Positions 43,743 to 52,788 of a stretch of 64,000 nt of DNA are shown piece by piece. The notes beneath the pieces are model-generated. The model worked only from the letters and a program-made list of their open reading frames with translations. It searched no databases and had not been told where the DNA came from. The position numbers and the translations under genes were made by a program. The stretch's first letter is position 1, and each line of letters opens with the position of its first letter. Origin of the DNA: Candidatus Pyrohabitans jungbluthii (GTDB taxonomy: Archaea > Hydrothermarchaeota > Hydrothermarchaeia > Hydrothermarchaeales > BMS3B); assembly GCA_002010065.2 (NCBI GenBank), contig MTMD02000014.1, forward strand, positions 4,534 to 68,533. The letters are read 5' to 3'.

Positions 43743-46490
43743 ATGAAAGACCGGCTTATTTTACTTTTGATTTTCACGGTTTTACCCGCTATTCTCCTGA
43801 GCGGCTGTTTTGGCGGTGGGGAGGAGTTTGTGGAGGAGGTGATACTCGAAAAAACCATAAATCCAGATGAGACCCAGACTGTGGAATTTGACGGCGGGAG
43901 TGTTACAATACCTTTTGGAACAATCGACGAGAATGATACCTTAAGAGTGGCAGTGGTGAAAAAAGCACCAAAACCAGAAGGTGCTGAAATATTAAGAGCC
44001 TACAATATAGATTTGGCCAAGACGGAAAATCTCAACGGATATATTGAGATAAAGCTGAGGCACACCGGGCCAGCCAAAAACATTGTGGCTCTGACCTACG
44101 ACGAATCCTCCAAGAGATGGGTGGGTGTGTTGTACAGAATAGTCGATGATGGCGTTATTATATACACCCCGCACCTGTCCTATTTTGCCACAGCTGTGGT
44201 GACTCACGAGTCAGGACCAATGGCAAAGATAAACTTAGATTACGTATCCGCAGCCGGCGTCTCAATGGATGAGGATAGAGCGTTAGCTGTGCTGCGGGAA
44301 TACGTAAACAACAACTACGAGCCTGGTCCCAATGCCTACAGGGTTGGCTGGGACGCCGCGATGGAGTATTTTGGAATTGGGGGTGCAGCATCAACCTTCG
44401 CCCAGCATGGGCTTGACGTGCAGACGCTTGATAAGTTCAACACATGGGCAACGCACTTAGGGGTTGTGTTTGCAGTAATACAGCTTGGCTGGGATCTGTA
44501 TGATGGAAATGCCGATGAAGGAACTGTTAACTTTCTGAAGAACATGATGTACTCGGCGGTGGGTGAGTTTGGCACCCCAGCAATGCAACTCAGCTTTGTT
44601 GGTGTATTTGCAATAGACTACTCTCTAACAAAGTTCATGGTAACCGCTATAAGCGACAGGGAGAAGATATGGGAGGAAGCCTACAAGCTGTACTATAAGA
44701 AAGATGATAGGGTAAAGCAGAAGAAAAAGATGAAATACTGGTATGATGAATTTTTAAAACTTTACAAGGAGAGCAGAACTCCTGCGGAATTAAAAGCAAA
44801 AATTGATAAAGCTATAAACGACTACGTTTACGATTTCTGGGAGGATGAAACCACAGTTGCTTTCTATCAGGAAGAGGTCATGAAACACGCCTGGACCGGC
44901 GGCGGTGGGCTGAACGAGGAGCTTAAAAAGAAAATCTCAGAAAATCATAAGGCGGAGCTTATGAATGCCCTAAAGCCAGTATTTTGGAGGCTTGAAGAGC
45001 AGATTTTACTTGAAATGCAGGCAAAAGCCACCAGACAATTGAAGAAAATGGCTGAGGAACTGAACAAAGTGTATACCCTGAATGTCAGGGTAAACGGTCC
45101 AAAAGATTTTGTTTCGGGGCTTGAAGTTTATATTCCAGTGAAGGCGGGTAATCAGGAGCAGTGGAGCTGGGAGACGGACGAGAGCGGCGAGTGCTTCATC
45201 AGGTTTACCCTCTACGGACTCCTGAAATCACAGGCAAAGAACAAGGTTGTGCTTATAACAAAGACTGGAGAAAAAATTGAGCAGGAGTTCAAGCTCACTT
45301 CTAGGTCAACGAGCGTTGTTTTTAATATAGAGGGCAAGGGTAGCATTCAGGTCAGCGTAACACCGAAGAGGGTTGCTCCCGGGGACAAGATTAAGGTGAG
45401 CGTTCAGGTAAATCCGCCTGTTGAAACAGAGCTGGAGATTAAGATAGAGAATATTGAGACGGGGTATGGAAAGAAATCAGAGCCGTGGAAGGTTAAGACA
45501 GGCAAGGACGGCAGATACGAGAGCAACTTTGTTATCCAGCCCAAAGATGTTTATAAGAAGGCGGGTAAGAATGTGTTAATTGTCACCGCCCCAGAGCTCG
45601 GAGCTGAAGGCAAAGCAACCTTCGAGATTATCAAGCCGGAGATCAGCGTTACAGTCTCACCCTCAACAGTTAGACCGGGTGAGGCTGTGGTGATAAAGGC
45701 GAGGGTTGAGCCGCCCGGGAGGTATAAAGCCAAGCTTTCCGTTTTGAACGCGCAGAGCGGTGCGAGCTACAGCGACATAAAATACACGGACAGCAGCGGA
45801 AACTTCAGATATCAGCTGAGGATATACGCGAAAAACATCGAGCAAAAGCTGGGAACAAACATCGTCAGCGTTGAGATACCAAAACTCGGGGTTATGGGCA
45901 CCGCAAGCTTTGTTGTTGAGGCAGAGGTGATGCCGACACCGAAGCCAACGCAGACGCCGGCACCCACATCTGAGCCTACAGGGACACCACTTCCAGGAGA
46001 GCCCACAACTACACCACAGGCTGAAAGTCCCTTCAATTTAAATAAGGAATATAAGGCAGGTTTTGTGGTAGATGTAGAACTCCAAGATGGAAAGCGCGAT
46101 TGGTTTAATTTAAATACCTATGGATATGGCAGTAAAGTAACTAACAATATATATCATGTTAAGTATGACTATCGTGGAGACCCAAGGACTATAGGAGAGT
46201 TCAAAGCAACTTTCGACCAAAATTACAGGCTCATGACAATAAATGCTTGGCAAAAGATATTAAATAAAAAAGGAGATGTCGAACTTGAAAAAGGATTAAT
46301 CTGCAACAATCTTGGATTAGATGTTTATGGCAGATCTTGGAATGGGGATAGGGTGAGATATTGGAGTGGAGATGAAAAATTGCTATCTTCTTCCTGTACT
46401 GCGTATCATCGACATTTGGGCACTGAAATGAAAATAAAGCGGGTCGTTGAACTGGATATTAAGTTTAGAATGATTGAAGATGAAAAATGA
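43743..46490 (+). CDS. Large predicted surface lipoprotein with tandem Ig-like repeats, a Pro/Thr linker and a compositionally distinct C-terminal domain
   Basis: The lipobox-like signal is LLLIFTVLPAILLSGC. Two repeats of about 100 aa are SVTPKRVAPGDKIKVSVQVNPP... and TVSPSTVRPGEAVVIKARVEPP... The linker is PTPKPTQTPAPTSEPTGTPLPGEPTTTPQ. The last 150 aa or so are encoded by DNA of about 30-35% GC. The start is set at ATG 43743, 10 nt after the upstream stop. Confidence 0.65.
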   Translation: MKDRLILLLIFTVLPAILLSGCFGGGEEFVEEVILEKTINPDETQTVEFDGGSVTIPFGTIDENDTLRVAVVKKAPKPEGAEILRAYNIDLAKTENLNGYIEIKLRHTGPAKNIVALTYDESSKRWVGVLYRIVDDGVIIYTPHLSYFATAVVTHESGPMAKINLDYVSAAGVSMDEDRALAVLREYVNNNYEPGPNAYRVGWDAAMEYFGIGGAASTFAQHGLDVQTLDKFNTWATHLGVVFAVIQLGWDLYDGNADEGTVNFLKNMMYSAVGEFGTPAMQLSFVGVFAIDYSLTKFMVTAISDREKIWEEAYKLYYKKDDRVKQKKKMKYWYDEFLKLYKESRTPAELKAKIDKAINDYVYDFWEDETTVAFYQEEVMKHAWTGGGGLNEELKKKISENHKAELMNALKPVFWRLEEQILLEMQAKATRQLKKMAEELNKVYTLNVRVNGPKDFVSGLEVYIPVKAGNQEQWSWETDESGECFIRFTLYGLLKSQAKNKVVLITKTGEKIEQEFKLTSRSTSVVFNIEGKGSIQVSVTPKRVAPGDKIKVSVQVNPPVETELEIKIENIETGYGKKSEPWKVKTGKDGRYESNFVIQPKDVYKKAGKNVLIVTAPELGAEGKATFEIIKPEISVTVSPSTVRPGEAVVIKARVEPPGRYKAKLSVLNAQSGASYSDIKYTDSSGNFRYQLRIYAKNIEQKLGTNIVSVEIPKLGVMGTASFVVEAEVMPTPKPTQTPAPTSEPTGTPLPGEPTTTPQAESPFNLNKEYKAGFVVDVELQDGKRDWFNLNTYGYGSKVTNNIYHVKYDYRGDPRTIGEFKATFDQNYRLMTINAWQKILNKKGDVELEKGLICNNLGLDVYGRSWNGDRVRYWSGDEKLLSSSCTAYHRHLGTEMKIKRVVELDIKFRMIEDEK

Positions 46491-46575
46491 ATCCAAGGTT
46501 GCCTTGAGTGACACAATTGATGAAACGCTATCCCGTAGCGTTTGCAATTTATTTACACCTGACAGGTGATAAAAG

Positions 46576-47553
46576 GTGTTTGGTTTGGAGTGGGAGTACG
46601 ACGTGATGTACTGGGTTAATGCGATAACTATTTCATCAGACAGCTCTTTCATCGTTGCCGGTTCTGCTGATGGAGGGATACATTCACTCGCCAGAAACGG
46701 CGAGCTTCTGTGGGATTATGAAGCAGAGGGCAGCATCCGTGCGATGGCTGTGGTGGAAGATGCCTCATGCATCGCCGCGGGCATAGACGGCGGGGAGGTG
46801 CTCCTACTCAGCAGGAGCGGTGAGCTTATCTGGAGCCATGGGCTTGAAAGCAGGGTTAGCTCTGTCTCCGTCCCGTCGGATGGGTCTTTTGTAGCCGCAG
46901 GTGCAGGTGGCTGGCTCTATGTCTTCAGCAGACGCGGAAAACTCCTGTGGAGCAGTAAGGTTGCCCGGAGCGTTGATTCGGTATCTGCATCGGCAAACGG
47001 CTCATGCATAGCTGTGGGAGCCAGAGACCTGAGCAGCGGTAAGGTTTGCCTTTTCGACAGGCATGGAGATGTGCTCTGGGAGCAGAAGACCGGCTGGAGC
47101 TTAGCCGGGAGCGTGAAGGTTGCAGCCTCTCAGAGAGGGACGCTGATTGCCGCGGGCTCGTTGCACGGTGTAAGGATGTTCGACGCGGGTGGTGAGTGTC
47201 TGTGGTACTACGAAACCGGAGGTGGCGTTGAGGATTTAGCCTTCTCTCCGGACGGCAACTACGTGGTTGCCGGCACCCTCGATGGGGCGGTTTATTTATT
47301 TAGCAAAGATGGAATGGTGTGGAGCAGAAAACTTAAAAGCTCAATCCGGGCGGTTGGGATTTCAGAAGCAGGCTGCAGCGTGGCGGCTCTGGACAACGGT
47401 TTCATTTACCTGTTTGATAGGGAGGGTGAGATTCTCTGGGAGAAGGAGACATACGAGGGCATTTGCAGTATAGACATTTCCCGCGACGGCTTGTGCATTG
47501 CCGCTGGCTCTGAGGACGGCGTTGTGTACATGTTTTCAAGGAGAAGAACCTGA
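46576..47553 (+). CDS. PQQ/WD40-like beta-propeller repeat protein
   Basis: About eight repeats of the form (S/A)xDG.....AG(S/T).DG.(V/I)(Y/H)(L/V)(F/L)(S/D)R.G(E/K)LLW are present. It uses a GTG start and has no obvious signal peptide. Confidence 0.7.
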   Translation: MFGLEWEYDVMYWVNAITISSDSSFIVAGSADGGIHSLARNGELLWDYEAEGSIRAMAVVEDASCIAAGIDGGEVLLLSRSGELIWSHGLESRVSSVSVPSDGSFVAAGAGGWLYVFSRRGKLLWSSKVARSVDSVSASANGSCIAVGARDLSSGKVCLFDRHGDVLWEQKTGWSLAGSVKVAASQRGTLIAAGSLHGVRMFDAGGECLWYYETGGGVEDLAFSPDGNYVVAGTLDGAVYLFSKDGMVWSRKLKSSIRAVGISEAGCSVAALDNGFIYLFDREGEILWEKETYEGICSIDISRDGLCIAAGSEDGVVYMFSRRRT

Positions 47554-47602
47554 GAAATCACTGAGTATTGATGCAGACGGAGCGTGTAGATGTTATATAA
47601 TT

Positions 47603-47911
47603 TCAGCGCAGCAGCCACTTCTCACCCCATCTTCGCAGCGCATTCTCAAGCTCACGCAGGTCTTTGCCCTTCTCGGTGAGGGAATACTCCACTCTTATAG
47701 GTGAGTTGTAAACTTTTCTTTTCACAATCCCCTGCTCTTCCAGCTCTTTTAGGCACTTGGAGAGGGTTTTTGAAGAAATCGCCCCGAGGCTACGCTTGAG
47801 TTCATTAAAGCCCTTTGGTCCATCAAAAAGGAAGTGGACTATTGCTAGGTGCCACTTTCTGCCCAGTAGATTTATCGCCTCCACCACCGGGCAAACTTCC
47901 CTCTGCCTCAT
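47603..47911 (-). CDS. HxlR-family winged-helix transcriptional regulator
   Basis: CPVVEAINLLGRKWHLAIVHFLFDGPKGFNELKRSL.AISSKTLSKCLKELEEQGIVKRKVY..PIRVEYSLTEKG is the HxlR signature. Confidence 0.85.
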   Translation of the reverse strand: MRQREVCPVVEAINLLGRKWHLAIVHFLFDGPKGFNELKRSLGAISSKTLSKCLKELEEQGIVKRKVYNSPIRVEYSLTEKGKDLRELENALRRWGEKWLLR

Positions 47912-47996
47912 CTAAATCACCACCGGGAAATCTGGTTACATCTAGGTTACGTTAAGTATAAATACTTTTCTATGGAAACTAGGTATAAAAAGGAAA

Positions 47997-48209
47997 TTGG
48001 AGGTGAAAGATGTGGCAAGGCTGGTGAAGTTGGAAGGAAAGGAGCCGAAGGTAATAACCGAGGAGGAGGCGAAGTTTCCCATAGGTATATGTACCTGCGG
48101 CTTAAGTGCAAACTTCCCATTCTGTGACGGCTCCCACAAGCGCTGCGCAGACGAGGAGGAAGGCTCGCTCTACGTCTACGATGCAAACTCCAGGGTGAGG
48201 GTAAAGTAA
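47997..48209 (+). CDS. CDGSH-type iron-sulfur domain protein
   Basis: The CTCGLSANFPFCDGSHK motif is present. The start codon is uncertain (TTG or GTG candidates at 47997, 48003 and 48012). Confidence 0.8.
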   Translation: MEVKDVARLVKLEGKEPKVITEEEAKFPIGICTCGLSANFPFCDGSHKRCADEEEGSLYVYDANSRVRVK

Positions 48210-48240
48210 CCCTCCCTCTTTCTTTTTCAGTGGAGTAAAA

Positions 48241-49140
48241 ATGCCAAAAATTGAAATCCTGTACTTTACAGACCCCTACTGCACCTGGTGCTGGGGGAGC
48301 GAGCCCATCCTCAGGAAAATAAAGGAGGTATACGGCGAGCAGGTGAAAATCACCTACATCATGGGGGGCTTGGTTGAGGACATGGAAAGCTTTTACGACC
48401 CTCTCAACGACATCTCACGCGCCGAGCAGGTTGCTCCGCATTGGTTGAGTGCTTCAGAAAGGCATGGGATGCCGGTTAGTGGTAAGCTCTGGCTCAGCGA
48501 CCCACCCCGCTCAACCTTTCCCGCGAACATCGCCTACCATGCGGCGAAGCTTCAGAGCGAGGAAAAGGCAGAGAAGTTTCTTCGAAGGATGCGTGAAGCT
48601 GCTGCAGCCGAGGACAAAAACATCTCAAGGTTGGAAGTTCTTGTTGAGCTTGCGGAAGAGGTGGGCTTGGACGCTGAGAGGTTTGTGCGTGACTTCACAG
48701 GAAGAGAAGCTAAGGATGCGTTTCTTAAGGATTTAGCAGTTATGGGCGAAGCCCTTGGTTTAAAGGCGCCTGAAAAATTCACCTCTGAGGCTGAGAAGGC
48801 TTTCTACAGAGACCTGAAGTATGCAAGAAATCTCGGTGTAACTGGCTTCCCCACCTTTCTGGTAAGGAACGAAAAGGGCGAAGGTATATGGGTCACCGGA
48901 TACCACCCCTTCAGCACCTTCGAGATGGTTTTCGAGAAGCTGTCTCCAGGGTTAAAGAAGAGAAAGCCGCAGAGTATTCTTGCATTTATTGAAAAGTACG
49001 GCAGAGTAGCGACGCGGGAAGTGGCAGAGGTTTTCGACCTAACTGACGAAGAGGCTCTTGCAAAACTTGAAGCGCTGGAAAAAGAGGGGAAAATAAGAAA
49101 GCTACGCGCAGGAAACGGCTATTTCTGGGAAATAGTCTAA
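48241..49140 (+). CDS. DsbA-family thioredoxin-fold protein with a C-terminal winged-helix-like extension
   Basis: EILYFTDPYCTWCWGSEP contains the CxxC motif, and GVTGFPTFLV is the cis-Pro loop region. The tail is ATREVAEVFDLTDEEALAKLEALEKEGKIRK. Confidence 0.7.
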   Translation: MPKIEILYFTDPYCTWCWGSEPILRKIKEVYGEQVKITYIMGGLVEDMESFYDPLNDISRAEQVAPHWLSASERHGMPVSGKLWLSDPPRSTFPANIAYHAAKLQSEEKAEKFLRRMREAAAAEDKNISRLEVLVELAEEVGLDAERFVRDFTGREAKDAFLKDLAVMGEALGLKAPEKFTSEAEKAFYRDLKYARNLGVTGFPTFLVRNEKGEGIWVTGYHPFSTFEMVFEKLSPGLKKRKPQSILAFIEKYGRVATREVAEVFDLTDEEALAKLEALEKEGKIRKLRAGNGYFWEIV

Positions 49141-49592
49141 TCCTTTGTCTTCCTCTTGTGATGCCTGTCCTCCCATGCACCGTACTTCGGGTTGGTTATG
49201 GTGTAGTGCTGCGGCGAGTATGGCTTAATGTCCAGCACCGGCGAGCCGTCCATCGCATCTAAGCCCTTAAGATAGAGCTTATTTCCCTCGATTTTTATAA
49301 TCCTGCAGGGGGTTATACCTATGGGGTTCGGTCTGAATGGACCACCGCTGGCAAAGACGCCTATCTCCTCATCGCCATGAGGTGGCTTAACCCGGAGTCC
49401 GCGAAACTCTGCGCGGTGCATGTGGTATATGATAAACACGTGGGAAAAGTGCTCGGCCAGGTTGTAAAGCCCGTCCTTGTACTCCTCGAAGACCTCCACA
49501 ACGCCTTCGCCAGAGTCCTCGAACTCTTCGTGCTGCTCTGGTGACTTAAACTCCGACCTCACTATACCAATGGGCTTGTAGCAGATTTCCAT
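49137..49592 (-). CDS. trmO: TrmO/YaeB (TsaA-like) family protein
   Basis: YKPIGIVRSEF, RPNPIGITPCRIIKIEGNKLYLKGLDAMDGSPVLDIKPY is the UPF0066/TrmO signature. Confidence 0.75.
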   Translation of the reverse strand: MEICYKPIGIVRSEFKSPEQHEEFEDSGEGVVEVFEEYKDGLYNLAEHFSHVFIIYHMHRAEFRGLRVKPPHGDEEIGVFASGGPFRPNPIGITPCRIIKIEGNKLYLKGLDAMDGSPVLDIKPYSPQHYTITNPKYGAWEDRHHKRKTKD

Positions 49593-49610
49593 GCCTTCAC
49601 CTCACCTAAG

Positions 49611-50801
49611 CTACACAAACCACACAAGAATAACCACGCCCAGAAGTACCATAACTATGCCTGAAGCGAGTCTCATACTCCTAGCCTTGGACTCTTCCCA
49701 GTCCTTCAGCCGCTTTGTAACCTTCTCATTGGAAGCCAGGGCGAGGATGACTATGAGGGGCACGACGAACATGAAGTTGTACAGCAGCAGGTAGGCCAAG
49801 CCCTGAAAATATGTGGTCTTCGCCGAGAGCAATGCAAGAATCGCCACGTATATTCCGCCAGAGCATGGGAAGGTGCACAGACCAACGAGAAAGCCCAGGA
49901 CGGCAGCGGAAGGGAAAGTGCCCTTGTACGCCCACCTTCTCAGTGTGGCATGGCTGAAGCTTGGAATGCGGAGGTGGATGGGCAGGATGAAGGGGTTGAT
50001 GTAGTCTTTAATGTTTATCAGCCCCAGGATTATTATAAGATAGGCGCCCAGTTTTGCCATGAAGTGGGGTCTGCCCGTAAATATCAGCGCCTTCATTATA
50101 CCAATGCCTATGAGGAAGTAGGCCAGGTAGATGGCTGAGATGTACACAACGCCCATCTTAAGCACGCCGGCGCGGGTCTTCTTGATAGTGAATAGGAAGG
50201 CGATGAAGAAGAGCAGTACTGCAAATGCGCAGGGGTTTATCCCATCGAGCAGACCTGTAACAATAACCAAGGGAAGTAAGCCGGAGGAGGCGTAGATCCC
50301 CTCAAGGTTGCTGGGCTTCATGTCTTTTAGCTCATTAAAGTAAGTTGAGAGGGGCTCGTCTATTGGATACTCCCGTATCTCTCCGCCAGGCACCCACACG
50401 CGGTAGCTCTTTGCATTCGCCTTCATGGAATCCTGGTATACTACCAGCTTGCCATCCCACTTCAGCGCTTCCCTCACAGCATGCTCCGGCACGTGTCCCT
50501 CGAGAAATATCCTCCCGTCTATGACAGCGGTAAGGTGCCCCTGCAGCCTTGGCGGAATCCCCTCTTTCTCATTGAGGGAGATTAGCTCTTTCCTGTAGTC
50601 TGGGTTATTTATATAGTCCTTGAGCACAATCTTGGTAACACCTTCCTCCTTAAGCAGCGGTATGAGCCTCTCTTTAATGTAAATAGTACAGTCTGTGCAA
50701 GCTTCGTTGTAGTATATCACAGCCTCGCGCTGCTCAGCGGCATAGCTGAGGGGCAGCGATGAAAAGATTAGCAGGAGCAGAAAAATATACCTAAGCCTCA
50801 T
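49611..50801 (-). CDS. Fusion of an extracytoplasmic DUF411(CopG)-like domain with a DsbD/CcdA-type thiol-disulfide transporter membrane domain
   Basis: After a signal peptide come YYNEACTDCTIY and LQGHLTAVIDGRIFLEGHVPEHAVREAL (similar to the ..HT.V.GY.IEGHVP block of DUF411). The membrane domain has GINPCAF and LCTFPCSGG Cys motifs typical of DsbD-family transporters. Confidence 0.6.
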   Translation of the reverse strand: MRLRYIFLLLLIFSSLPLSYAAEQREAVIYYNEACTDCTIYIKERLIPLLKEEGVTKIVLKDYINNPDYRKELISLNEKEGIPPRLQGHLTAVIDGRIFLEGHVPEHAVREALKWDGKLVVYQDSMKANAKSYRVWVPGGEIREYPIDEPLSTYFNELKDMKPSNLEGIYASSGLLPLVIVTGLLDGINPCAFAVLLFFIAFLFTIKKTRAGVLKMGVVYISAIYLAYFLIGIGIMKALIFTGRPHFMAKLGAYLIIILGLINIKDYINPFILPIHLRIPSFSHATLRRWAYKGTFPSAAVLGFLVGLCTFPCSGGIYVAILALLSAKTTYFQGLAYLLLYNFMFVVPLIVILALASNEKVTKRLKDWEESKARSMRLASGIVMVLLGVVILVWFV

Positions 50802-51217
50802 TTCTCTTCCTCCTTAACAACCACTGCAGTTAAAGGTATAACAACCTCCGGCTCAGCCGGGTCGTTTGTTAGAATGTACACTTCTCTGTAGACCTCGCCA
50901 AGTACCTCTACCTCCATTAGGTTGGGGTCGAAGGTTACAAGAAGCTCCGCCTCCTCACCGGGGGCGATCAAAGTCTTGTTTATGTACGCGCGCGTGCATC
51001 CGCAGGATGTACTCACCGCCTTTATCTCAAGAGGGGCGTCGCCGACGTTTCTTACAGTGAACACCTTCCTTACCTCCACGTAGGGAACCTCGCCGAAGTC
51101 GTAGCTCGCTGGCGTAACCTCTATCTTCGGCTCACCCTCTACAGAGAGGTACTTCACAGCGCTGACGGCGACAATAACTCCTGCTACAAACAGGAAGTAG
51201 AGGTAGAGGCTCTTCAT
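50798..51217 (-). CDS. DUF1573-family protein, N-terminally anchored
   Basis: YDFGEVPYVEVRKVFTVRNVGDAPLEIKAVSTSCGCT is the DUF1573 signature. The start overlaps the upstream stop. Confidence 0.7.
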   Translation of the reverse strand: MKSLYLYFLFVAGVIVAVSAVKYLSVEGEPKIEVTPASYDFGEVPYVEVRKVFTVRNVGDAPLEIKAVSTSCGCTRAYINKTLIAPGEEAELLVTFDPNLMEVEVLGEVYREVYILTNDPAEPEVVIPLTAVVVKEEEK

Positions 51218-51775
51218 TCAATCCACCTGAATAACCCTTATATACACCCTAGCCACTGGCTTCTGCGGGTCGTTGGTGTAGAGGTTTACATACCTCACGA
51301 CCTCACCTCTGAGATCGGGGTGAACCTTGGGATCGTAGTAAACCTTGAGGTAGGCTTTCTCTCCGGGATGGATTCTCTGACTCCACCACTTTGGATTTGT
51401 GCCGTGCTCCCGCATATTGAATTTTGGACCTTCCTTTCCATTGTATATGATAGAGGCGGAGGTGCACCCACAGGAGGTGTCCATATCGTCGATTACCAAA
51501 TCGCCATCACCTCGATTCTCAATAACAAAGGTGGTGGTTACCACACCGCCCCTGACGCTCACCGTGCCAAAGTCGTATGCCTCAGGGGTAATCACCATTT
51601 TCGGCGTTCCCTCGATTATCTCTTCGGATTTTGAGAATTTTAAAGAATAGATTCCTATCGCCAGAAGCAAGAGGGCTGCAGCTATGATATATATCCCTCT
51701 GTTATTTTTTCTTTTTGCATTTTTTGCCTTCACTTTTTCTTTATTTTTTCGATATTTTTTCTTTTTCTTAGCCAT
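51218..51775 (-). CDS. DUF1573-family protein with a very basic cytoplasmic N-tail and TM anchor
   Basis: The N-tail and anchor are MAKKKKKYRKNKEKVKAKNAKRKNNRG + IYIIAAALLLLAIGIY. YDFGTVSVRGGVVTTTFVIENRGDGDLVIDDMDTSCGCT follows. The start is set at the internal ATG 51773-51775. Confidence 0.7.
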   Translation of the reverse strand: MAKKKKKYRKNKEKVKAKNAKRKNNRGIYIIAAALLLLAIGIYSLKFSKSEEIIEGTPKMVITPEAYDFGTVSVRGGVVTTTFVIENRGDGDLVIDDMDTSCGCTSASIIYNGKEGPKFNMREHGTNPKWWSQRIHPGEKAYLKVYYDPKVHPDLRGEVVRYVNLYTNDPQKPVARVYIRVIQVD

Positions 51776-51786
51776 ATCTTCACCTC

Positions 51787-52488
51787 CTAAAGCAGGGCGG
51801 GGAAGTAAGGCAGAAGCTTTGCCTGTATATATCTGTCTACGCCAAAGAGGATGCCAATGCCTGTGAGTATTATCACCCACCCGGCGAACTTTCTCATCCT
51901 GAGTGAGTTCCTCCTTACCCACTCAAGTCTTGCTCCGTAGCGCTTGCTCCCATACGCCACGGCGAGCATGGGTATGCCGAGGCCTATGGAGTACACAAAG
52001 AGCATGAAGGAGCCCCTAAGTATGTCTCCACCCATGGCGACGTAGGATAGCACCGCTCCGAGCACCGGGCCGACGCAGGGTATCCAGACTATGCCCAGGG
52101 AGAGCCCCAGGAGGAACGCTCCGCCGAGAGAGTCTTCGCCGGTTTTTAAAGGTAAAAACTTTGAAAGCCTCCCGACGAGGGAAGAAGAGTGCTTTACATA
52201 AGCCTGGTTTAGTTCATCGTCCACCATTATGGCACCAAAGCCTATCATAAAGGCAATCGCAAGGTAGCGCATCACCTCGCCAGCGGCGCTCGCGGCGATG
52301 CCAAGAGCGGAGAACACTCCGCCCATAAGTGTGAAGGTGATGGACATGCCCAGGACTATAGCCAGCGGCCTGAGCTTGCTTCCAACGCTGCCCGCAAGGA
52401 GTGGTGGAAGTATTGGTATTATGCAGGGCGTCACCACTGTTAGTACGCCAGCGAGAAATACCAGAACTATTGAAGGCTCGGCTACCAT
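51787..52488 (-). CDS. ccdA: Cytochrome c biogenesis thiol-disulfide transporter CcdA (DsbD family)
   Basis: VVTPCIIPILPPLL and the second IPCVGPVLGAVL Cys motif are present, with six helices. Confidence 0.8.
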   Translation of the reverse strand: MVAEPSIVLVFLAGVLTVVTPCIIPILPPLLAGSVGSKLRPLAIVLGMSITFTLMGGVFSALGIAASAAGEVMRYLAIAFMIGFGAIMVDDELNQAYVKHSSSLVGRLSKFLPLKTGEDSLGGAFLLGLSLGIVWIPCVGPVLGAVLSYVAMGGDILRGSFMLFVYSIGLGIPMLAVAYGSKRYGARLEWVRRNSLRMRKFAGWVIILTGIGILFGVDRYIQAKLLPYFPALL

Positions 52489-52788
52489 GTTAATATACCT
52501 CGCTTCTTGACAGTCTGTTTATAAGCATAGGCAACAAAAAACACTCCCCACAGATTAATGTGAGGGATTATATCCCCCATATTCCCTTGGCCTTGTGAAC
52601 GCAGCATCCGCCGCGAAGGGACTTATCAAATTTTTGTACAGCATTTGCAGCCACCCTTCAAATTTTTTTAAATAGATTGATGGTTTTAATCACTAATAAC
52701 CTTTATTATTTACAAAATAGAAATAGAAGGTGTGTGTCATTTTCCACTTCGTACTATGGTCTGCTCAGCGTACCCCTCTCAGGACAGT

